From NCBI GenBank assembly GCA_014905635.1, contig JABVCE010000030.1:310001-374000 (forward strand): a stretch of DNA of 64,000 bases, written 5' to 3'. This document shows, in pieces, positions 24,273-34,601 of this stretch. How positions within the stretch are numbered: the first letter of the stretch is position 1; the number at the start of each line of letters is the position of its first letter. Below the pieces are notes generated by a model, which saw only the letters and a list, made by a program, of their open reading frames with translations, did not search any database and was not told the origin of the DNA. The stretch comes from Scenedesmus sp. PABB004 (lineage: Eukaryota). Both the position numbers and the translations under genes were made by a program.

Positions 24273-25612
24273 ATGGCGGAGCGCATCACACACTGCATAT
24301 TTGACATGGTGCGTGCGGTGGCGCCGGCGGGCGAGCGGCGCGCGGCGGCCCGCGCGCCGCTCGCCCGCCCGCCGGCGGCAGTCACTGCTGCACGGCTCTG
24401 CTGTGCGGCGCGCGCCGGTGTGAGCGCCGCACAGCGGTGCACAGCGGCGCTCACGCCGCCGGCGCGCCGCTCACGGCGGCGGCCGCGTGCAGGACGGGTT
24501 GCTGCTGGACACCGAGACGTTCTACACCGTCGCCCAGAAGCAGATCCTTGCCAAGTACGGTCGGGAGTTTTCGTGGGACCTCAAGGCAAAGATGATGGGC
24601 AAGAAGGCCCTGGAGGCGGCGCAGGCGCGGCGGCAGCGCTGCCAGTCGGTCAATCCCTCGCGCCGCGCGCGGCCGGCCGTGTGCCGTGCTGCGGTCCGGC
24701 GCGGGCCGCTCGGCCGAGCGCGGCGCGCGCGTCGCGCCGCGCGCAGGTGCTCGTGGACGACCTGGCGCTTCACGGCCAGCTGAGCGCCGAGGAGTTCCTT
24801 CGGCAGCGGGAGGAGATACTCGACAGGCGCGCGCACGCGGCGGCAGCGCGCACAGCGCACGCGGAGAGCTGCCCGGCTGCGGGGCGAGCGGCCACGGCGG
24901 TGGCCACGGCGCCGCGCCGCGCCGCCCAACTCATCCGCCGCCGCCCGGCTCCCCCCGCCGCTGCCGCCGCCGCCGCCGCCGCAGCCTCTTCCCCGACAGC
25001 CCGCTCATGCCCGGCGCGGCGCGGCTGCTGCGCCACCTGCACGGCGCGGGCGTGCCCATCGCGCTCGCGACGTCGTCGCACCGCCGCCACTTCGAGGTCA
25101 AGACGGCGCGCCACGGCGACCTCTTCGCGCTCTTTGACCACGTGCTCACGGGGGACCAGGTCACAAAGGCACGCGCCTTTGCGCGCGTCCACGTGCACGC
25201 GCGCGCGCAGCGCTCGCGCCGCGGCGGCCGCGCGCGCGGCGGCACGAGCTCGAGCGCGGCGGACCCGCGCCGCCGCGGCTCGCAGGGCAAGCCCGACCCC
25301 GAGATCTTTCTGACCGCGGCGGCGCGTTTCGCGGCCCCGGGGCCGGCCAGCCCCAACGCGGTCCTGGTGTTCGAAGACGCGCCCACGGGCGTCGCGGCGG
25401 GCGTGGCGGCGGGCATGCGCGTGGTCATGGTGCCGGACGCCCAGCTGGACGCGAAGCACATCGACGGCCTCGGCGCCGCCGCGGTGCTGCGCAGCCTGAC
25501 CGAGTTTGACCCGGCGGAGTGGGGTCTGCCGCCTTTCCCCGCCGGCGCAGGTGCTGGTGGCGCCAGCGCGGGCGGCGCGATGGCCGGCGACGGCATCGCC
25601 GTGCAGGCGTGA
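24273..25612 (+). CDS. HAD-superfamily hydrolase (GPP1/HDHD1, pseudouridine-5'-phosphatase / glycerol-3-phosphatase-like); 5 exons
   Basis: HCIFDM|DGLLLDTETFYT (motif I), IALATSS (motif II), GKPDPEIFL, VLVFEDAPTGV..AGMRVVMVP (motifs III/IV). Confidence 0.9.
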
Positions 25613-26060
25613 GTGCGTCGGAGCAGCAGCAGCAGGAGCGGGAGCAGAGAGAAGAGAGGGAGTGGGTGTCACCCCTGTGACCCAGTCCAGCAGCAGCGGA
25701 CCGCCAGGTGGCGCCCGCCGCGCCGCTGAGAGCCCACACACCTGCGCCGCTGCGTCGACGCGCAGCTGGTGCTTCGTCGAGTCCCTCAGCGAGCTCGCAC
25801 GACGCGGCCTATTGGAGAGAGCGCGGGAGCTGCTCGGCTGCTCGGCTGCTCGGCTCGCGGCCTCCGCGCGCCCCACGCCCCACCGCCTGCGTTTTCTGCA
25901 AGCTTCCCAGACACCCACGCAACCCGCCACGCCCTGGGCCGCTTCGACGCCCACCAGCAGCACATCTGCGAGCGCGCTTTTTCTGCGCGCGCTGGCGCCG
26001 CGCGCCTCGGCCTCTGCGCCCCCGCGCGCCATCGTCCATCACGGCAGACGCACGAGAGCC

Positions 26061-29000
26061 ATGCGGGTGGCCCTGGGGGCCCTGCTGGTGGCCGCGGCCG
26101 TGACCGCTGGTGCGGGCGGAGGAGGGCCGCGCGCCCCCCGGCTCCGCACGCGCGCTGGCGGCCTGGCACCGCCGCGTGCAGCTCGGGGGGCTCGCGACGG
26201 ACGCGTCGCGCGCTGCGCCTCACGCGCCGCCTTTCCCCCCGCGCCGCCAGGCCTCGCTGACCAGGCCGCGGGCTGGAGCAGCTACCAAGTCGACAGCGTC
26301 GCAACCACGGGTGAGCAGCAGGGGGTGTGCGAGCTCCCGACATGGGACCACCCCGCCAGCTGCCAGCGCCTCGGTGCGGCGGGCGCACGTGCCGCGCCGC
26401 CGGGCGGGCAGCGGCGCCGACGGCCGCCGACCGCCCGCCCGGCCGCGCCGCGCCGCGCGCCGCGTGCCGCACGCCGCCGCCGGCGCAGGCGCCCTCAGCA
26501 CCGTCGCCCAGATCAGCCTCAGCGACGAGGCGCTGCCGCAGTATGGCCCGAGCTTCAGGCAGCTCGTGGTGGAGGCGACGCCCGAGACGGCGACGCGGCT
26601 GCGCGTGAAGATTCACCCCGTCGGCCTGCAGCGCTGGGAGGTGCCTGAGAGCATCGTGCCGCGGTGAGGGCTGGCTGGGGCCTGGCGCTGCAGGAGACCC
26701 GGGAGCCGCGGCCAGGCGGCGGGTGGCGGGCAGCAGGCCCCTGCGCGGCGCTCACGCGCCCGCCGCGCCCCCGCGCACAGGCCCGGCCCCGCGCCCGGTC
26801 TCACCGCCGACGCGCTGACGTACGAGCTGCGCGGCCTGGAGGAGGGCGCGCCGTTTGCGCTCGAGGTGCTGCGCCGGGACGGCGGCGCGGCGCTCTTTGA
26901 CACGACGGGCTACAGGTGCGGCCGCGCCGCGCCGGCCGCAACCGCGCGCTCTGGCCCCGACAGCAACATGTGCTGGCCGGCTCGGTCAGCAGCACGCGGC
27001 CAAGCGCTCCCGCGCCGACAGTGCGCCAGCCATCCAGTTGAGCCAGTTTGAAAGCAAAGCATAGACGAGCTGCAGTCGACCTTGTGTTCGCCGCGCTGCA
27101 GGTTCCTGTTCAAGGACCAGTACATCGAGCTCACCACGGCGGTGCCGGCCGACGCGGACCTGTACGGCCTCGGCGAGGTCACGCTGCCCAGCGGCGTGCG
27201 CCTGCCGCGCGGCGGCGACACCGTCATAACGCTCTGGGCGCGCGACATGAGCTGCGCGAACGAGCACGCCAACCTCTACGGCAGCCACCCCTTCTACCTC
27301 CAGACCGCACCTGATGGGGCGAGCCACGGCGTGCTGCTGCTCAACAGCAACGGCATGGACGTCCTGCTCGGCCGCGACGCGCTGACCTACAAGTGAGCGC
27401 GTGGCCGCACCGGCGGCGGCGCGCCGCCCGCGCGGCCGCCGGCGGCGGCGCCGCCGGCGACCAGCCGGCCTCCACCGCCCGCCCGCCGCGGGGCCCTCAC
27501 CCGCGCGCCGCCCCTCCCGTGCGCTGCGCTCGCAACAACCAGGGTGATTGGAGGCCTGGTGGACCTCTACTTCTTCATGGGGCCCTCGCCCGAGGAGGTC
27601 ATCCGGCAGTACCACGAGGCGCGCGCTGGGGCCGCCACCGCAGCCGCAGCCGCAGCCGCAGCCGCAGCCGCAGCCGCAGCCGCAGCCGCAGCCGCAGCCG
27701 CAGCCGCAGCCGCAGCCGCAGCCGCAGCCGCAGCCGCAGCCGCAGCCGCAGCCGCAGCCGCAGCCGCAGCCGCAGCCGCAGCCGCAGCCGCAGCCGCAGC
27801 CGCAGCCGCAGCCGCAGCCGCAGCCGCAGCCGCAGCCGCAGCCGCACTGCCGTGCAGACGCAGCCGCGCCGGCGAGCCCCCCCCCCCCCCCCCGCCGCCG
27901 CGCGCGCGCGCGCAGGTGATCGGCGCGCCCGCGCTGCCGCCGTACTGGAGCCTGGGCCTGCACCAGAGCCGCTGGGGCTACCCCAACCTCGCCGCGCTGG
28001 AGGGCGTGGTGGCCAACTACAGCGCCGCGGGGCTGCCGCTCGAGGTGATCTGGTCAGACATCGACTACATGCACTCCCGCTACAGGCGAGCCCCGCGCGC
28101 TGCCGGGCGGCGGCGGCGCCGGTGCCCCACCCCTGCCGCCAGGGCGCGGCCACCTGCCGCGGCGGCGCCCGCCCACGCGCCCCCGCCGCGGCTCCGCCGG
28201 CCCTCCTCCCCTCTGCCGCAGGAACGCCGAGTTTGACCCGCACCGCTTCCCCGTGCCCGCGATGTCGGCGTTTGTCGGCCGCCTGCACGCCGACGGGCAG
28301 CACTGGGTCCCGATCATCGACGCCGGCGTCGCGGCGGCGCCAGGGTTCAAGACCTACGAGGAGGGCAGCCGCGCGGGGCTGTACCTCCGGGACCACACCG
28401 GGGAGCGCGACTACGTCGGCCAGGCGCGGCGGGCGCACCTCAGCGCGCGCGGCGCGCAGCGACCCGCGGCGCTGGGAGGGGAGGGGCCGGCGCGCCAAGG
28501 GCTTGCCTGGCGGCCGCGCGTGCCTCAACGTCCACACCCCCGGCCGCCGCCGCGCCGCCGCGCAGGTGTGGCCGGGCCCCTCCACCTTCCCTGACTACCT
28601 CACCAGCCCTAACGTCGCGCCATGGCTGGCGGAGAAGATGCGCCGCTTCCACGCCCAGGCGCGCGCGGCTGGCAGGGAGGGGGCAGGCGCTGTGCCGAGG
28701 CGGGTGCGGCGCCCGCGCGGGGCGCGCGCGCTGGCTCAGCTCTGGCGGCGCTCGCTCCCGCCCCGGCGCGGTCCCACTGCTGCAGGCCGAGTGGAGCGGG
28801 CTGTGGCTGGACATGAACGAGGCCGCCAACTTCTGCTCCGGCACCAACTGCCGCCCCGACCACGGCAACGCGACCAACATGTACTGTGCGTGGCGCGCGT
28901 GCTGCCTCTGGGTCTCACTCTAGCTCTCGCCTCGTCCCTTCCCCCCTCCCTTTCAGTGCCGCGCTGGCCTCCCTGCCGGCGCCGCGCGCGCCGCCCGGCC

Positions 29001-31557
29001 GCCCGGCTGCCTCGCCCCACCGCCCCGCCGCCGCGCCGCTCAACGCCCCGCCCCGCCCCGCCGCGCCGCAGGGCTGGACTATCCGGTGCCCAAGGACGGC
29101 AACGTCTCGGGTGCGTCCCGCCGGGCCTCCCGCGTCGCGCCCCCCACCCCCGCGCCGCGCGCCCGCAGCGCCCCGCCCTCGGCCGCACCGCGTGCACTGC
29201 CCGCAGCTGCGCCACCGCGCCACCTCGCGCCGCCTCGCGCCGCCTCGCGCCGCCTCGCGCCGCCTCACGCCGCCTCACGCCGCGCTGCCTGGCTGCACAG
29301 TGCTGATGAAGATGCTGTCGACATGCGTCATGGCGTGCGACCAGGCCGCGCCCGGCAACAGCCTCGCGCACCCGCCGTACGCGATCGCCAACTTCCGGGC
29401 CGAGGGCGAGCCGCGCACCGCGCCGCTCGGGCAAAACGTGGTGCACCCGACCGCGCTGCACGCCGACGGCGAGACGACCGAGTACGACGCCCACAACCTC
29501 TACGGCACCGCCATGGCCAAGGCGCACTGGGACGCGGCGCTCGAGGTCACCGGCAAGCGGCCCTTCCTGCTCTCGCGGTGCGGCGCGGCGCGGCGGCGCG
29601 GCGCGGCGCGGCGACGCGCGGCGCGCGGGCCGGCTGAGAGCCCCGCCGCCGCCGCCGCCGCCCGGCCCCGGCGCGCAGGTCGACCTTCCCCGGCGCCGGC
29701 CGCTACACCGCGCACTGGTGCGGCCGCGCCCGCACCCAGGCTGGGCTCAGGGGCCTGGGCCGCGGCGCGCGCGTGCCGGGCGCCTGACCGCAGCGCCGGC
29801 GCGCCGCTCGCAGGACTGGCGACAACGCTGCCAACTGGGAGAACCTGTACTACAGCATCGCCGGTGCGTTACGAACGCGTTTGAATTGGTTTGAAACCTG
29901 AACCACAACCGCGGCCCCGCGCGGCGCCGGCGCCGGACGCCGCGGCCCGCGCTGACGCGCGCGCGCCGCACCGCGACGCCCGGTCCGGTCCGCGCAGGCA
30001 TCCTCAACTCCAACATGTGGGCCATCCCCATGGTCGGCGCGGACATCTGCGGCTTCATCGACGCCACGCAGGGGGGCGACCCCTGGACCAACCCGCACCG
30101 CCTGCCCGACGCCGAGTACGAGCAGCTCTGCAACAGGTGCGCGCCGCACGGCGCCGCGCCCCCGCCGCCGCCGCCCCGGCCGCCGCCGCGCCCCCGCCCT
30201 CGCCGTGGCATTCCGCGCCCGCCCCGCGCGCTCCGCCGGCGCCGACACACGCGCGGCCGCCGCCGGCCCGCCCGCCGCTGGCCCGCCCGCCGCAGGTGGG
30301 CGAGCGTTGGCGCCTTCTACCCCTTCAGTCGCAACCACATGGGCTACCACGCGCGCGACCACGAGTTTTACAGGCGCGCGCCCGCGCGGCGCAGCAGCAC
30401 ACAGCAGACGCGCGCGGCGGCGCCGCCGCACTCCCTCGACCCCAAGCCCTGCACCCTTGAGCCCTCGCCGCGCCGCGCAGGTGGCCGTCGGTCGCGGCGT
30501 CGGCCAAGAAGGCGTACGGGCTGCGCTACCGCCTGCTGACCTACCTCTACGGCGAGCTCGCGCTCGCGCACGCGAGCGGCGGCGCGGTGGCCAAGCCGCT
30601 CTTCTTCGCGGCCCCCGGCGACGCCGGCGCGCGCGCCGCGGACGCGCAGTGGCTGTACGGCGAGGCGGTGCTGGTCAGCCCCGTGGTCACGCCGGACACG
30701 ACCGAAATCACGCCCTACTTCACGCCCGGCGCGTGGTGAGGCCGCGGCGGGGGGCCGCACGGCGGGGGGCCGCGCGGCGGGGGGCCGCACGGCGGGGCGC
30801 CGCCGCACGCGGGGCGAGGGCCCGTTTGCCCGCCGCCGCCGCACCACGCGCGCGCGCGCCCCGCCCCGCCCACGGCGCGGCCCCGCCTGCCTGCTGCCGT
30901 GCCAGGTACTCGGCGTGGGACTACAGCGCGCTGCGCGTCGAGGGCCCCGCCGGCCGCGCCGTGCGCACGGCGGTGCCGCTCGGCGACGTCCCGGTCCACT
31001 TCCGCGGCGGCGCGATCGTGCCGCTGCAGCCCGCCGCGGCGGTCACGCGCGACGTGCGCTTTGCGCCGATCACCCTCGTCGTCGCGCTGCCGGCGGCGCC
31101 GTCCGGCGGCGCGCGCGGCGCACGCGGGGGCGCCGCGCGGCCGCCGTACGCGGGCGAGCCCGCGTGCGCGGCCGCGCACGCCGCCGCGCCCGGCGCGCTC
31201 GTGGCGTGCGGTCAGGTGTTCATGGACGATGAGGGCGACGCGCCAGAGGTGGGGCCGCACAACAGCGTGCACGTCTGGTTCACCGCCGCGGCCGCGTCCG
31301 GCGGCGCGTCGGGCAGCGTGAGCGGCGCCGTCGCGGCGGACGGCGGCGCCGACGCGGCGCGGCTGCGCGTCGCCGCGGTGCACGTGCTCGGCGTGACCGC
31401 GGCGCCGAGCGGCGCCGGCGGCGCGGCGGTGGTGACGGTCAACGGCGCCGCCGTGGCGCGCGGCGGCGTCGACCACGACGCGGCGGCGGGCGTGCTGCGC
31501 GTGTCGGGGCTCGACATCCCCGTCGCGTCGGCGCTCGACCTCGCGTGGAGCCTGTGA
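26061..31557 (+). CDS. Secreted/vacuolar alpha-glucosidase, glycoside hydrolase family 31; many short exons
   Basis: Signal peptide; [44 protein letters not shown], catalytic [48 protein letters not shown]. Confidence 0.93.
27638..27846. repeat. Perfect (GCAGCC)n hexamer microsatellite, about 34-35 copies, inside a GH31 intron (27619-27915)
   Basis: Uninterrupted gccgca repeat between a GC donor at 27619 and the acceptor at 27915. Confidence 0.95.
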
Positions 31558-31746
31558 ACGCCGCCCTCCTCGCCAGAACCCAACCCCCGCATGCGGCTGC
31601 CCCCCTCTCTCACATGGCACGCCACCTTCCTGATGATGCGAACTCAAACCCCGGGCGCCGCGCCGGCGCCGCGACGGCGGCCGCGCGGCTCGCTAGTATT
31701 GATTGCCGGGCCCCTGCATGCACGTGGGTGCAGGGCCCTGGCTCTC

Positions 31747-31751
31747 TGTAA
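31747..31751 (+). terminator. TGTAA polyadenylation signal of the GH31 gene
   Basis: tgtaa about 190 bp after the stop at 31557. Confidence 0.6.
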
Positions 31752-32188
31752 GCCGAAGAACGGCCCGGCGGCGGTCTCGCGGCTGGGCTGTGGCGTGCCT
31801 GCACCCCGGGCGCCGCGCCGCACGCGCCGCCGCCGCGACCGCGCCGCGCACCGCCGCCGCTGGTCGCCACAGCACACGCAGACGGCGTCCCCTCTAGCCC
31901 AGCCGCAGGCAGCGGCCACACCACTCGCAGCAGCGCGCGCGCTGCCGCGCAGCAGGCAGCCCAGAGCGCAGCAGCTGCGCCTGCCCACGCACCCGTAGCG
32001 GCGTCCCGCCCATCGCCAGGCGCCCCGGTGGCCGTGCAGCGCTCGCCCCGTTGCCTCGCTGGCCGCCCTCGCCGCCCCCGGGCTTGCGGGCGGCCCCTCG
32101 CTGGCTGTGCCGCTAGCAGGCCGGCCCCTGCAGCCGGGGCCGGCGGCGCGGAGCTCGCGGCCGGCCTAGCGGCGCCCCGCGTCGCGGC

Positions 32189-33464
32189 ATGGCAGGTGAG
32201 GCCTTTGCCGGGCCCCAGCGCCTCCAGCGGCGCGCGCCCGCCCGCACAGCCGCGCCCTGGGGCGTGATGTGACAGCGCCAAGCCCCTCCGGGCGTGCCAT
32301 GGGCGAGGGGGGCAGCGGCCGCTGCGCACGCGCGCCGCTGCTCGCCGCCGCTGCTCGCTGCTGCTCGCCCGCCCGACGCGCGCCCGCTGCCCCCGCCCCG
32401 CCCGCAGCGGCGCCGCCGCCCAAGCCCTGGGAGCGCGCGGGCGCCGCGTCCTCGTCGGCCGCCGCCGACCCGGCCGCGCCCAAGCCCTGGGAGGCGGCCG
32501 GCGCGGCGTCGGCGCTGGCGGCGGGCGCCGGCGCGCCCGGCGCCGCGCTCGCCGACGCCGCGCAGCAGCCGTCGCGCCCCTGGGAGCGGCCCGGCGTGAC
32601 CGCCAACGGCCTGACCAGCACCTCGTACGGCGGCGCCGGCCTCTACGGCGGCGCTGCGGGCGCCGGCTATGGCGCGAGCCCCTATGGCGGCGTCGGCAGC
32701 TACGGCGCGAGCCCGTACGGCGGCGTCGGCGTGGGCGGCCGCTACGGCGGCCTCTACGGCAGCAGCTACGGCTCCGGCCTCTACGGCGGCGCCGGCGGCA
32801 TGTACGGCGGCGCGGGCAGCATGTACGGCAGCGGCAGCATGTACGGCGGCAGCAGCATGTACGGCGGCGGCGGCGGCCTCTATGGGAGCAGCATGTATGG
32901 CGGCGGCGGAATGTACGGCGGCGGCGGCATGTACGGCGGCGGCGGCATGTATGGCGGCGCTGGCGGGCTCTACGGCGGCGGCCTGGGCATGCGCCCCGGC
33001 ATGCTGCCCCCGGCGCCCCCGGCGGCGGGCCGTTCGACCCCAACGGCCCGCCGCCGGCGCCGCCGAGCGCGTGGCAGGCGCTGCTGGGCGGCATCAACGG
33101 CGTGATGATGTTCTTCGGCCGCCTGAGCTTCCTGGTCGACGAGAACGCGCACGCGGTGCACTTTTTCATCAGCGCGCTGCTCACGCTGCTCGACCGCGCG
33201 GGGTCGCTCTACGGCGAGCTCGCCCGCTTCATCCTGCGTGTGCTGCTCGGGCGCAAGCGCCCGCCGCTCAAGGCCGCGCCAGGGCCGCCCGGCGCCGGCG
33301 GCGCGCTGCCGGCGCCGCCGCCGCCGCACGGCGGCGGCGGGCCGCTCGGCCTGCCCGCGCCCGGCGCGTGGGCGCCGCCGTCGATGCCCGGGCGTGCCGC
33401 CGGCGCGGCGCGGGGGGAGCTGCCGACGGGCGGCCACTGGGAGCGGCTGTGGAGCGACGGCTGA
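32189..33464 (+). CDS. PEX13: Peroxin-13 (plant type) with a Gly/Tyr/Met-rich (YG) domain; apparent 1-bp frameshift at 33007-33011
   Basis: ATGGCAG|intron|..PPPKPWER; many YGG/GMYGG repeats; then FFGRLSFLVDENAHAVHFFISALLTLLDRAGSLYGELARFILRVLLG and a terminal W..LW, as in plant PEX13. Confidence 0.88.
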
Positions 33465-34601
33465 CGCGCGGGCTGGGTGAAGGGAGGGACTGCGGGCTGC
33501 GTTGGTAATCGAAGCGCGGACCGGAAATCGCGCGTTGCACACATAGAAGCGATGCGCTCGTAGCGGTCAGAGCATGGGCAGTGCGTGCGCTCCTGCTGCC
33601 GAGGCGCAGACCCGCATGGCAGGATAGGTAGAGCCGGCCCCCGCACGCGCACGCGCGCCTCAGGAGGGTGCGCAGCAGTCACGCGACTGGGCGGCACGCG
33701 AGTCTGCAGAGTCGTCGTGTGCACGTGACCAGCCGTGCGCCTCGCTCCGCCTCGCCTCGCTCGCAAGCGAGAGTGATCTCGGTGCCGTGTCAAAAGCAAC
33801 GCGCCGTGTGTGCGTCCGGGGGTCACGTGTTCACTTTGTGGGGGTGGATGGACTAAGGGCTGAGGGTGCCGCCGGCCGAGGGAGGGGTGCCAGAGACCAG
33901 CCCGAATGCCACGCAACCTCCGTCCGCGACCAACGAGTGAAAGTAAACAGCCGCCGTGCCAAAAGCCCCGGCGTGCGTTGCGTTGCGTTGCGTCGTGCGC
34001 CCCGTCTTGTGCCGCGCCCGGCTGTGTGCTTCCCGTGCACCGCCCCCTCGCCCTGAGCCCCCGACCCCAGCCGTAGCGGCGGGGTGCCGTCGTTTATGTC
34101 CCTGACGGCGGCCGGACAGCGGCCCGAGCCGCCGGGCCGGCGGCGACGACGCTCCCAAGAGCGGTGGCGCGCGGCGCGCGCGGCGCCGCGTGCAACACAC
34201 TGCTCTGCTCGGCCAAGTCTCGCGGACAAGCTTCACACATAATCATAACTCTCCCAAGAGCAACAGGCGCAACAGTTCAACCAGTTTGGCAAGAGCATGC
34301 GCAGATGCTCGTTGCAGGGATGCCGCCGCGCGCGCCTGCTCGCCCTCGGGGCCGATTCGCCCCGTGCGCAGCAAGGCGCGCGCGGCGTGCGCGGCTGCGC
34401 TCCGCGTCCGATTTCAAAAGACAGGGAGCAGCAGCAAAAGCACGCGCGTGCTGGGGCGCCCGCAAGGCCGCAAAGCCGCAAGGCAATGGTTTGACACATA
34501 AAAGAGAGCGCACGCGCGCACGCCGGCCGCGCGGCGGCCCTGGCCTCGCCGCCGACAATCGTGGCGGCGCCAGGAGCCGCGGCGGCGCCGCGGCGCGCGC
34601 G

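Noticed and set aside
27393..27963. Poly-SR, poly-QP, poly-CG and poly-RL ORFs
   Set aside because: All are translations of the intronic (GCAGCC)n microsatellite.
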